This document shows positions 51,594 through 64,000 of a DNA stretch of 64,000 bases, one piece after another. Source of the stretch: Camelus dromedarius. Its lineage: Eukaryota. The position numbers and the translations under genes were made by a program. Within the stretch, counting starts at the first letter, position 1. Every line of letters begins with the position of its first letter. The stretch lies in the NCBI RefSeq assembly GCF_036321535.1, contig NC_087437.1, forward strand, positions 62,808,001 through 62,872,000, given 5' to 3'. The notes below the pieces were generated by a model. That model had not been told where the DNA came from. It did no database searches and saw only the letters and a program-made list of their open reading frames with translations.

Positions 51594-54500
51594 CTGCAGG
51601 AAGAAGAGAAAAACAACAGGGGTGGGGGTGGGGGGAACCACTGTGGGTTTAGAGCACACAAGCATTTCCAGCTGGGCTGGCAGAGCAGAGCCTTAGCACT
51701 TTCTAGCAGGGATTTGTCTAAAATTATCCCACTAAAGGAAGCAGCCCCATGTGATTTTCAGTGACGTCACCTCCTGCACTTAGCAAATACATAATCACTA
51801 TGTTGATAACTGGACACAAAATGACTCCTTGTCCATAACTCCTCTGGCCCACGGTGCAGGTGGAACAATTCTTTATTTATTTTTACTAGGAATGGGTCTG
51901 TAATTGGCAGCAGGAAGAAGTATGTCCTGCTTAGAACCTAGGCTTCTATCCTACTGCCTGGGTCCTCTCCAATAATCCCGGAGTTCAGAGTATTCAAATA
52001 GTTTTTCTGCATGCTGAAACAGGATGGCAGGTGGCTTATAGCTGGCTGATTAAAAAAACAGAACTGATAATACACTTGTCTGACTTGTGTTTCTTTTGCT
52101 CAAGAAAATGGGGTGGGCTACTTTCTTTAGAGGAGATTATCCTTTGGGATTGTCCTCATGCTGGACCCTCAACTCCTGGGTATGGAGGAGGAGTTTGTTG
52201 CCTTCACTTTGGTGGGTCCTGTTGAGCTCGTGATGATTTACAATGACAACTTATTAACACAGAAGGCCAAGGCATCTTCTTAAAGACAGGGAGACAGTCA
52301 CAGATTCTACAGCAGCTCGTGAGCCAGCTGTGTTCCTGTGCTTCTGAGAAGACAGTCTCCCAAGGACACTCCTGGCATTTGGACCCCTTCCTGGGCCCCT
52401 GGGCCATATAGCTGTCCCATGCTCATGCTCTCTTAACTCCCCAGCTTTAGATCTGGGTCCCAATCCTACACTGAACTCAAAGCCCGGGCCAAGGGGGATT
52501 AGATGCCTGGGAACTGGTGAAGGCTGAACAGTCTGTGTCAGAGAAAACTGGAGATGGGGGCCTGGGGTTGCATAAGTCAGCACAGGAAATGGCAGCTCTT
52601 CCTATGGAGGTCTTTGTGAAAGTCACACCTCGATACTGCCTGTGGAGACGTACGGCAGTAGGGAAATGGGGACTGGCTGCCTGAGAGTACTACCACATGG
52701 GCAGTATATCCATACACTGAAGCCGCCTCAGAGTCTAAACAATCACAATCTGGCGTGTGAGTGTATGCGGACACGTGCGTGCATGTGGGTACACATACGA
52801 TGTGTATGTATGTACACAGGGTCTACTAGTCCTAAAAAGTGTTTTCTCCACTTAGAACACTTTTAAGTCAACTGCTCTCTCATCACCATATGTGGGCTTG
52901 GGAAATGTCAGCTTATTTTAATAATATAAGCCACACATTCGTAGGAAGGAAAATCTGCTGTAAAAAGAAATTATGTGATGCATTTCAAAACCAAAAATAA
53001 AGGACTTTTAGATCATCTGTTGTTTTAGATATCTGGACCACTGCTCCTCCCCCTCCTCCCCCATTTGTAGATAGTTGAGAGTTGGCTGTACTTTCTGCTT
53101 CCCACTATTCTGGCCCATTGCAGGCCCTTCTGGTCCACTCCAGATGAAGCCAGTTCTGGGGGATCTGGGGAGCCCATCCAGGAGTGTAGGTAGTATTCCC
53201 TAAGCCAATCCACTCCTCCGTAAACTCTGTCCCCATATGCAGGGAGCCAAACCAATGAAACAACACAATGCCTGGCTGTTCTCTGCAGAGTCTGCCAAGG
53301 TTTCTCACCCTCTCATCACAGGACAATGACCAAGAAAAGGTGCGAGCATTTCCAAGGTATGCCCATCCCATGATCTAGAGATGCTCAAACTCCCCTACTG
53401 TAGGAGAGAGGGGCTCTTTCCCAGGGTAACCCTAGCCACCCTCACCTGAATATCTTCCCAGCAGGGTCCCGGGCCTTTAGTTCCTTAAAACTGCTTCCAT
53501 TCTGTCTTCTTTACTGAAGTAGGGGCTTCCTACAGCAGGGTCTGTCTCTAGTGCTGAACTAAATCTGCCCCTTACCTGGACTCTGGACATAGGTAACTGA
53601 AATCAAAATAACTCCTCCCCAATACAGTCATCATTTTTGCTTCCAGCACTGAGAGGGGACCTTACCCTGGCCATACTGGTCTTGGGGCTTCTCCCCATGG
53701 AGGAATCTCTCTCTTAGCCACACCCTTCTTTTGGCCACCACCTCCCTTGGTGGTTCTCAAGCCTGTGTCCTGAATGTCAACTACATCTTCTGCATTTATT
53801 CCATTCATGAATAGGAGAGGAGAGGACAGCCTGCTATCACCAACATCCATCACCTCAGAACTGTTTTTCTTTAGTTTTTTTCTTGAAGTTTTGTATGCTT
53901 TATTTTGAAGCGACCTCCAAAAGAGTCATTGTAAGTGACTGTCACATGAAGACTTGAGAAATACTTAAGCAGTCATCCACTGGTCTAAGGAAAACTGGGA
54001 TTCAGCAGGGCCCAGAGAGATGAAGATATAAAAAATAAGTCCTCTTCTGCCCAATCACATTGCCTATGTCAGATGAATGAAGGTGAGGAATCTGCAGGGG
54101 GGTGGGGGGTATAGTAAGAGCTGCAGGGATAGCCCCACCATACCCCCCACCTCCTACACTGCAGTCCTTTGGCTCTCCACTCACTGCCCACCTCCTTCCC
54201 AAAGCCTTCCCCAGACACCTCACTCTAGTGGTCATCCAAAGTCCACTCTCCTTGATTCTTGCAGCATTTACTGGTTCGTCCTGCCTAACTATTCCATGTG
54301 TGGGACCTGACAGTCAGATGGTTCTCAAGGGAATGGACTCATCTTACACTTCCTTTTATCTTCCTGTAGCACCTAACAGAGCATCTACTGGAAAAGAGGT
54401 GCTCAGTGAAACCCTGCTGAATTTAACTGACAGCAACGGGTGAGATGCTTAAAGAGAAGGTAACTCTTCTAGGTGGAACTGAGTGGGGTGTCACGGAGCT

Positions 54501-54618
54501 GAGTGCCACTGCATAGCACAGTGCCCCATGGAAGCAAAGCAAAGGTTCCCCCCACTCCCACTTCATTCCCGCTCCCGGAAGCACGAGAGGCCGTGCTGGG
54601 GGCAGAGACGCTGGTTAC

Positions 54619-54761
54619 CTCTTACTATTGTTCCTCTGTTTGGCTGGTGTTTTGGGGAGCTGAATTGGCTCCTTTAAAGCTCCTTTCAGGTGAATGATCC
54701 TCTCTTGAATCACCTCTCGTATGTTCTTGATCCATTCCTGCTTGGTTTCTATGTTGGAGGC
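54619..54761 (-). CDS. KALRN: Kalirin coding exon, PH1 C-terminal helix and linker (ASNIETKQEWIKNIREVIQERIIHLKGALKEPIQLPKTPAKQRNNSK-R)
   Basis: 143 nt, phase 0/2. Acceptor gcactccag|GCC, donor AG|gtaacc. Contains the conserved PH-domain Trp (KQEW). Confidence 0.98.
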
Positions 54762-56041
54762 CTGGAGTGCCACAGGGAGAAGGCATGAGAACCCCACTCT
54801 GCTCCAATCCACACAAACAGTTCTCAACCCTCCACTTGCAGGCTTAAGCCATCATCGTCAAGGACACCAAATGTTTGAGGAGTTTATTTCTCTTATACTT
54901 CTGACTCTTCAATCCAGGGACATGCTTCTCCAACTCCTAGAAGAGGGCTATGACCTCAATACTCAATGCAGACTTATAAGGGTGATCTTCAAAGTATTTA
55001 ATAACCAGTCAGTATCTGCCCTCACTGGGCCGAGGATTAACACTTCAGTTACTAGATTTGCGGGAGGCCTGGGAAGTACAGGAGGGGCAGCGAGGGGGCA
55101 TTTGAAGGCAGCAGCCATTTACCAACTAGTATAACTGAATATACGTCAGGATGTTCAACACCTATAAGGCTGCCCAGGCTTGTACTGATTCAGCCAGTCC
55201 TCGGTTTTCAGCCTGGTAAACCTGTGAACTGAAGGGATTGCTACCTTTCCATGAATATTTCATTTGTCTTCATGGGATTTTTGCCAGGTAATTCTACCTC
55301 ATGTCAGGTAGCAGCTATGCCGGCAACTCAGAGTGATCAAGTGTGAAGCCTGGTCAGGGCTGGCCCATCTTCTTCTTGGAGACAGGCTCTTCCCTGATAA
55401 GCAAACGACCGGTGGGTGCTCCGTTTGCAGCGTCTCTCCTGAGCAACACTAACAGTACCAGCCGTGCGGACTCAGTTCCCAGGCTACATGCACCCTGGAA
55501 AGCTGAGGCGACTCCCTAAGACCCTTTCTCAACACTCCTCTCACAGCCTAGTTCCCATGCTAGTACGATATACTAGAGCTTACAGAATGTACGTTCCCAG
55601 AGGACTGGGTCCATATCTGATTCACGGTCATTCCTCACGGCACTGAGCAGGATATCTTATATGTAGATAAGATGTGCAGGAAAAAAATGTTGAATGTGGA
55701 GCAAATCAAGGTGCCTTTTGCTAAAGGGTCAACCGTTGTCCTTGCCATTTGAAGGGGACACATGGGCAGAACATATTGAAGTGGGTCTATTGAGGCCACT
55801 CCCCGCCTTCTTCCCTCCATGCTCCAAAGAGGCCTGGACTTAGGGGACCATTCATCTTTGAGATTTCAGTCTACTTTCATGATAGAATTTGCTTCTCAAT
55901 GAGGCTGCCCTTCCCGAGAGAGGCGCAGGGGCTTAGTGGAGTATCCAGGCCCCAGCTTGTAGGTGTAACACGCCCACATCCCTCTGCCCCCTTCAGGCTA
56001 CCCCAAACCCGGCCTGGTGCCCAGCAGAGAGCAGTACTTAC

Positions 56042-56143
56042 TTTCAGCACTGTTTTATTGTCTGAGGAGGGGGTGCGCCCAGACCACAAGGCGAACTTGC
56101 AGGGATCGCCCTCGACGTGTTCGGTCACACCCAGTTCTGAGGT
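56042..56143 (-). CDS. KALRN: Kalirin coding exon, PH1 domain (TSELGVTEHVEGDPCKFALWSGRTPSSDNKTVLK)
   Basis: 102 nt, phase 0/0. Acceptor ttcctgtctacag|ACC, donor AAA|gtaagt. Overlaps ORF 55877..56128. Confidence 0.98.
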
Positions 56144-56561
56144 CTGTAGACAGGAAATGCCTGTGAGAGGCGGGGGAGGGGAGGGCGGTGGGGAGACTTA
56201 GGGCTGGGGTGGGGAGGGAAAGGCAACAGAGAGGAGAGGACCGAGGGAGGGGCTCTGTCAATCAAACTTAAACAGACCGCATATTCTGTTCCTCTACCCG
56301 GGATGAAAGGACCTACAGGCACGCCTGATGAGCAGGCAGCAGGGAGGGAAGGTGAAGAGGGAGGCGCCAAAAGCCAGCAGGAAGAACAGTGACCTCTAAG
56401 ATGCAGAAGTGGGGGCTTTCCAGCTAGGATGCATTTGCACTTGTCCAGGATGGTTTTGGTGTGGCACCAGGGGAGAGATGAGCTGAGTGTCCGAGATCCC
56501 TTCCTGCCCAAGGGCGCTATGCAAATGGGGAGACTCATCTGACCCCACCTGCCCCACCTAC

Positions 56562-56752
56562 CAGTAGCTTGTTCTTGTAAACATATTTCGTGTGTCCTGA
56601 AGAGTCTTTGATCTCCTTGCTAAAAACCAAGGAGATCTCAAAGAGGAACAGGTGTCGCTCCCGCCCCTTCCGGATCAGCGACTTCGGGTCCCACACTTGA
56701 AAGGCATCCTGCAGAATCAGCTCCCCCTGCACGTCCAGGTTCTCGTCGAACC
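56562..56752 (-). CDS. KALRN: Kalirin coding exon, PH1 domain N-terminal part (G-FDENLDVQGELILQDAFQVWDPKSLIRKGRERHLFLFEISLVFSKEIKDSSGHTKYVYKNKLL)
   Basis: 191 nt, phase 1/0. Acceptor tttttcag|GG, donor CTG|gtaggt. Contained in ORF 56535..56885. Confidence 0.98.
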
Positions 56753-57251
56753 CTGAAAAACACGCATTCCCAGCCTGTGGAGTTTCTCGAGCCATGTGTG
56801 GGTGCCACGCTCCACGCCCCGACTGTGAGAACCTCCGCCCCCACAGCACTTTTCTCTTGGGCTGATTCCTGCAACTTCTGAACACCTGAGGACACAGCTC
56901 TGCAGAACTGGGGTCAGACCCACCTTCCTGAACCAGGTCTCCTCTACAGAACCAGTATCAGTGGGATCTCCTGCAAAACTCCTAGGCAGCCTTCCCCCAG
57001 CCCCGCTGTTAGCCAGGGACCTCCTATAATGGTATAAACCCCATCTCTTTTTCCTCCACAGCTCCCACTGTCCCTGACTTGGAGCTCAAAGTGAGGCTGA
57101 GGACAAACACTGCCTGAGTGCCCTTGACTCCACTCTCTTTGTCGTCGCTTCATTTCTTATACCCCACTCCTAAGATCTTCCCTTTGATTGCCTCTGTACA
57201 GTGGGGTGCACAAGTCTCAACAGTTTATATTTATACCATTTTAAACCTTTA

Positions 57252-57443
57252 ACAGAGGTTCTAAAACTTCAGCGTGCATAAGAACCACCTGGATCGCCTA
57301 CAAAAACACAGATTCCTATCCATTTCTCAACCCGTAAGAGATCAGGATTCAGTAGGGGTGGGATGGAGCCAATGAATTCACACTTCTGACAGGCTCCCAG
57401 GTGCTGCTGCTGCTGGTCCACAGATCATACTTGGAGTAGCTAG
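57252..57443. mobile_element. MER5A-like DNA transposon relic
   Basis: GGTTCTAAAACTTCAGCGTGCATAAGAACCACCTGG..TCCCAGGTGCTGCTGCTGCTGGTCC. Confidence 0.75.
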
Positions 57444-58029
57444 ATCGGATATACAGGTCAGGGACAGGCTGGAGGAGGAGGGTATTTATGCAGGCAGCCA
57501 CGCAGCAGTCGGGGTGGGGAGCAGGTGCAAACAGAAAAGAAGAAGGTGGAGAAACTGTGACCCCAGGAACACGTTCAGTGGATCAGTGCTCAGTCTGGGG
57601 AAGGTAATCAGGGCTCCTGTGTGTGGAGAAGTGGGGCTTCCTGTGCTAAGGGTGGCCCAGGAAGTACTGGGATCAGACCAAGTCTTTCAGATGGCGTGGG
57701 GGTGGGTAGGGAGGGTGATGGGGGATGTGGAACCCAGAAAAGAGAAAATCCCCCACCAGTTTACTAAGTACAACAGAGTAGACTTACATCCCTAACACCT
57801 GTTTGCCAGCCCAGACTGGGATGTTGAGGAGTAACTCATCTAACAGCTTCTACCCCAGGATGCCGGCTCTGCCCGTATCTGCTCTGTTTTGTGGTGTTAA
57901 GAGTACTTTATTGGAGTCTCGCTCCAATAGGTTTCTGGGTCCCAAGAACATGGTACCAGCGACTGAAAGTGCTTTGGCAAAGTCCTATCACGTTTATCTG
58001 GCTGGACTTTTCTCACCTGCGAGGAAGGG

Positions 58030-58142
58030 CATGAGGGCAGTCGCACACCAACATGAATGTACTTAATGTCACTGAACTGTACACTTAAAAACGCTTAGAA
58101 CGGTAAACCTTATGTCATGTATATTTCATTACTATAAAAAAA
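58030..58142 (+). mobile_element. Short L1MA/MB 3' end
   Basis: TGAATGTACTTAATGTCACTGAACTGTACACTTAAAA..TATGTCATGTATATTT followed by an A tract. Confidence 0.8.
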
Positions 58143-58471
58143 GAGAAGGCCATAAGGCTGAAGACAGTGGGTCTGTGTGTGTGCACAGGATTTCTACTTA
58201 TTCTGATGACAAATGCCATGCAAATGTGATTCAGAGGAACGGGACCGCTGTGGGTCAGGGCTCTAGCACCCCTATAGCAACGACGATGGCCTGTCCTACT
58301 CTGCCTCCCAGGCAGCAAGTTGTCCACACACCTACACGGCTTAGGCTGGGTCCTACCTGGAGGCAGGTGTTAGCCCAGCTGACCCCTGTGGATCAATTCT
58401 CACCTCCCGAAGACCTACATAACAACTTGCCATTTCTCCTCTCTTCCAGCTTTGCCCCTGGCCTGCCTTTA

Positions 58472-58735
<264 letters not shown>

Positions 58736-61212
58736 TCAAGGCAATTATATACCGATTCCTCAAGGAGTTAAGACACCATCTTCATTCTCTGAAATGTCCC
58801 CTCTGAGCTATAAGGAAAGTAGGGTGGGGTTGAGGGGTTATATCCAAAGAATTCAACCACAATTTTTTTCCCCACACTAAGCTTCCTCAACTCAATCTAA
58901 TCCAAACTAACTCAATTCAACCTAACTTCCAAATAGCTGGCACTAGAAGTCAGCCACCAGGCCTTCTCTGTCATTCCCCTGACCTCCTAGAGAAGGGAAT
59001 ACTCCTGGCAAAACACATGAACAGAGATGCAGTACTGTATGATCATAAAGAAGAGACAATGAGTGTGCAAAGGACACACAGCTCTCACATATCGCTCACC
59101 TACTGCCAGCACCACTTTTATTTACACACTTCTTCTGCCTGAATGCTGACTTCCACCACACTGGGAGCAACCAGGGGTTACAGACATTATAGGTTTATAG
59201 CCTTTCAGAGTTATAAAAGATTTTTAGATCATATGGACCAGGAATTCTTAACCTGGGGCCAATAGATGGGATTCTGGACTAGTCTTACTATTGTCAGACG
59301 AGGACACTGATCAAGGATAGAGATTTCCCCCAGGCTATAGAATTCATTGGAGGCCATATAGGGGCTTGAATCTAGGTCTCTTGAGTCCAAATCCATCCAC
59401 CATGCCAACCTGTCTCCCTCATGTCCTCCACCATGTTGAGACTTCCTGGAGCATGCCCTCTCTTACTTCCTCATTAGAGACTAGGTCATTACCATCTCCG
59501 TAAGAGATACGTAATGTCTGGTTGATGGAGTAAAGTAAAATTGTTTCCAACTATTTCAGTAACCATAGACTACCCTGGAATGATTTTGCCCAAACCAGCG
59601 GAATGCTAGCTTTCATCTCTTCCTATCAGAGTTATTGTATCTTGCTCACTTTGACACTGGGAAGGAAATAGTTAAGTCACAGATCTACAATCCATACTCT
59701 CTTCTTCTCAGGGGGAAGGGAGGGAAGGCAGGAATTGGGTGGATGGGTGGGGACACACTTCCAGGAAAGAAAGATGTTGACAAGATCAAACCTTATAAAC
59801 ATATTCATGATAGACCTCCTGACAAACTGATGGCACTTGCAGGCAGAAGAGTATTTAAGGAATGCTTTTAGCAGGATATATGTGGCCTGACTAGGACTTC
59901 TTATGGTAGACAAACCTGGAATCCATGGCTCCTTGGGAAAGTATCACATAAGCTATGTAACTCCCTAGGTAAAAACTGATTACATTTCATGACCAATATG
60001 ACTCTCTTCAGGGTAAGTGACAGGACGCAACATATATCATTTAGAAGCATGTACGTGAATCTGGGCCATAGCACATCCTGATGCTGTAAGAAAGGACTTG
60101 GAACAATTGGCAGTTGTGGATTTCTCTCTGTTTTACCTCTGCTTAAGATTATTTGTATCTTTGAAATTATTACTAAAGCTTTATACTTTGTAAGATACCT
60201 AATTAGTGCGCATCTGATAAGAAAATTCAATCCTTTGTATTATCTTGGAGACATTCCTGTATGAAGAAGGGAGCTTTGAGTGTTCAAAGAAGAGGTGAAC
60301 TGCCCAGAGCTCATGTTTGGGAGGAAGACATGATCAGTCTTCAGCCCTGTCCTTGGTTCTGGTTAGTATAATAGCATCACTGTTCAGAAAGTTGCATTTA
60401 CTTTTGCTAATCTGAAGTTCTCTGATTCTCCCCACCTCTTTCCTAATTTTAGCCCTCCCAATCTGTTCTCATACATCATCAAAGGAACTTCTAGGCATAA
60501 AAATAAGACAGAAATAAGAAATATGCTTCAGTGTGCAATAGAAAACACCAACTAGTTTAACCTCCCAAAGAAATTTGGCAAGTCCACCAATCAACCACCA
60601 AAACCAATGAGGTCTCCTTGGATTCCTGCTATGGTTTATGATAAGAAGGCGGCTCCACATTTAATTTAGACTCCACAAGGACCGCCAAAGCAGATTTACA
60701 CAGAGAATATTGAACACTCCTAGAGTTTTTATGTTCCTGCAACACCTAAAGGGAGGAACTCCAGAGAATACTGATAATTAAATATCAATTTACTTGGAAT
60801 AAAACTGACTTTAATGAGAAAATAAATCATATATTATTTATGTATAGTAAAAGCTCAGCAAAACATTTTTCTTTTACTCAGCAGCCGTTCTGCTACAAGC
60901 ACACTTAAAAGGGGTCAAAAGTATCTTATTAAGGCTTTTATCCCCAATAATTTTATAACCTCTCTACAATAAATTCCTACTACTTAATTTTTTCCCTTTT
61001 CAGTGACCTGCATGGTCCTCTCATCCTAAAACAAGAAGTTACAAATGAAGACCCAGAGCCCACCCCTCCATCTGCCTACAGCAAAACAGGGCAGCCTATC
61101 CAGCCTCCACTTCCCTTCCTTGTCCATGCCACAGAATTAATCCTAGGAACCTCAGTGTTATGGAATTAATAGGGAGAGGGGAAAAGCTGTATTTCTCTTA
61201 GAACTGCATCTT

Positions 61213-61345
61213 TTTTTCCCTTTTGGAGGGGGCAGGTAATTAGGTTTATTGATTGATTGATGGAAGTACTGGGGATTGAGCTCAGGACCTTGTGCATGCT
61301 AGGCAGGCCCTCAGTCACTGAGCTATAGCGCCCCCTCCCCCCCCA
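61213..61345 (-). mobile_element. tRNA-derived SINE, Vic-1-like (camelid)
   Basis: Minus strand reads GGGG..TATAGCTCAGTG..GCATGCACAAGGTCCTGAGCTCAATCCCCAGTACTTCC..AATAAACCTAATTACC, with A/B-box-like motifs. Exact 15-bp TSD TTAGAACTGCATCTT at 61198-61212 and 61346-61360. Confidence 0.88.
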
Positions 61346-63056
61346 TTAGAACTGCATCTTGATTGGTTTAAGACACTGGAAGTGTGGATGGATGAGTCAG
61401 GTTAGTTTTGTTTTTTTTTAATTCACAACCCCACCAATTTCTAAAAAGGCTTTGGGATGCTTAAATTTGAAAACTACAAAAAAAAATCTGATACAAGAAA
61501 AATGATTTAGAAGTGTCATGCATTAAGTGGGTTAGGGAAGGAGGGGATGTTACACAGGGAAATCTGGGCTAAGGAGGAGCTCCTGTAAGCAACCACAGAA
61601 CTGGGTGCTAGCCATCTAACAGTCAAAGGCAAAGGAGGACCTCAAGCTCTTGTCATTTAAAGGCAGGAAACACACTGGCTTTTCAGAAGAGAACTCCCCA
61701 TGCCCAGCTCTGAGATCTTAGGAGAATTTCTAGGAGTCTTCATGTAAGAAACTTCAAAAACAAACATGATGGCATCTTCCAAAATGGTTCTGTCCAAATG
61801 GCCATGATGTTCTACACGTCATTATCTCTAACACTAGTCCTCAATAAAGGCCATGCCGTGTGCTGATTCTCTAAGTCATTTCTGCAGGGTTGGGAGACTG
61901 GAATGCCTGCACATGAAACCCAGCTCTCTTCCTGGAGACAAGGAAGGAGATGGTTTGGAGGAGGAGGGAGGGGAAGGATGGTGCACAGCCCAGCCCTGAC
62001 CTAGGAGGAGAAGAGAGGCCAGGGCACAGGCTCACTGCTGCCCCTACTCTCCTCATCATGCAACCAGAAGTGCTGAGCCAGGAAGACCCCAAAGACAGGA
62101 AAGGTGGGCGCACTCCAGCATGACTAGAACCTAGATTTGAAACTAGACTGGTTTCAGGTTTAGTGAAGCAGCTAGAATACGTGAGGTTGAGCAAGCATCT
62201 CTAAACATGAGCTGCATTTCATCAGATTTCCCTGGAACTATATACTTCCTGTGACATGCCTCTCACCTTCCTTTTATTCTTTGCATTTGAGGAGTGACCT
62301 GCACACTATTCAAACGGAGGGAAAACTCCACCCTTATAAGTTAAGAATGAATATAGAAAAGGGTTATACAACTGCCTCTGATCAATTTCCCAGGCTTTCT
62401 GTGGGAAAATGTCATTTTCAGAGTGTCACTGTATCCTCCTGTGAGAAGAATCAGCCCAAATTACTTAGTGTTTTGCATAATTTGATTATTTGACTTTTAA
62501 AGAAAAGATTTTGGAGAAAATCCACATCTCTTAGTTGGCACCAGAAGAAACCCTAACATATGGGATCCAACAGATATAAAAGTGTCACTGTGTTTTAATT
62601 GGACTTTCAACTATATCTTCTCAAAAACCCCATAGTCTTGACAAACACAGAGATCAAGGCAATGGTAGGTGTTGCCCTGGGCCCCCACTGCCCGTGTGGC
62701 CTGGCACTGCCTCTAAGACCTCAACCCTGGATCCTGTCAGTAGTAGGGACCATCAGGAGGATGTGCCCAAAACAGAAGGACAGGAGAGGCTTCAGGGAGG
62801 GACCAGCCAGTGCCTGGGGTGGCATTCACTAAAAGCTGTGCAGTGATGAGTGCATGTAAAAATAGTTACAATCACTCCTGCTCTCATTTCTCCTCTTCTC
62901 CCACACCCCCTCCTCCCCCCCAAAAGCATCTGGAATGTCACAGAATAGAACATGCAGTCTGGAGCCAGGAGAGCCAGAGTGGGCTCATCTCTGAAGTTCT
63001 GCTCCTGGTAGAGGAAAGGTCTTGAGGTGAAGCTTTCCCATCCCTGGGCCTGGTCA

Positions 63057-63188
<132 letters not shown>

Positions 63189-63249
63189 CTACAGGGATGA
63201 AAACAGGCCCCGTTAGACAGAGAGGGACATGTGTACAACTGTGCTCTGG

Positions 63250-63600
63250 GAGGAGGTGGGTGGGGTAAGGAGAGAAGAGAAAAGAAAAAGGGCAGACTGT
63301 TCTTTGATGGGGAAAGGAGGGTAAAAGAGGAACAAGAGATATAAAGATGCATACAGAAATAGAAAAAAAAGGAGAGGTGGGAAAAAGGGAGAAACGTTAG
63401 GAAAAGAAAGTAGATTTGTGAAAGAAAAATGGAATCAAAAAGAAATGGAGGAAGATAAAAGTAGAAAAAGGAAGTGAGGCTGTAAATACAGGCAGAAGGG
63501 TGGAAGAGAGGTGAAGAAGTGGGGATGAAGGGAAAAAAGCCCAGAACGGAGGGAATAAGAGGGGGACAAAAGAGAAGGGAATGCAGGGAGGGGGAGGGAG
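63250..63600. repeat. Low-complexity purine-rich (GA) tract
   Basis: Directly visible. Pyrimidine-rich on the KALRN sense strand. Confidence 0.85.
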
Positions 63601-64000
63601 GCACGGGTGTCTATTCCGATGGCTGCCACCTCTGTATGTGTCCACAGCCTCCTTCTTAAAGCTGCACAAGAGCAAATCTCTTGTACCAACCCTCCTCGCT
63701 TCAAATTCCACACATCCCAACTTGGAGTCTCCACTTTATTCCTTATCACTTTCTCCCTGCAATGACCTCTCTCATCCTTCAGGTCTCTTGAGCTGGAAAC
63801 CATGGAGTCATGTCCAGTTGTTTTCCCTGGTGTAAGTCCTTCCTCTCCAGTTTCACCAACAATACTCACATCATTCATTCCCAGGCTAAGACCTTGGCTT
63901 CCAACCATTGTTTGTGCCTCTAGGCCCTCACCCCAGTCCACTCTCTGTCGTCCTCCAAAATGACCTTCCATGCCCCAAGGTCTGGGTGTTGTGAAGGTTA

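Noticed and set aside
61260..61335. tRNA gene
   Set aside because: It is the tRNA-like head of a SINE with tail and TSD, and the B box is degenerate.

Overview
This is eukaryotic (mammalian) genomic DNA, very probably camelid, judged from a Vic-1-like tRNA-derived SINE. The window lies inside the kalirin gene (KALRN) on the minus strand. Six internal coding exons (63188 down to 51491) encode the end of the first RhoGEF DH domain, the PH1 domain and the following linker. After a 23.7 kb intron comes the short Kalirin-7-specific terminal exon (27816-27754), which ends in the PDZ-binding motif STYV and is missing from the ORF track. All seven exons have canonical AG acceptors, the six internal ones have canonical GT donors, the phases are compatible, and they splice into one 807-nt frame (268 aa + TAG). 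The rest is intron (for the longer Kal9/Kal12 isoforms, whose next exon I did not find here) with ordinary mammalian repeats: L1, L2, CR1/L3, MIR, MaLR/ERVL LTRs, MER5 and microsatellites. There is also a U6 retrocopy, and three retro-insertions retain exact target-site duplications. I found no evidence of a new multi-gene system. The best leads are the Kal7 terminal exon and its polyadenylation architecture, a 70-bp dispersed duplication, and several motif-defined candidate enhancer/CTCF elements. Repeat family names come from recognition by eye and their boundaries are approximate.
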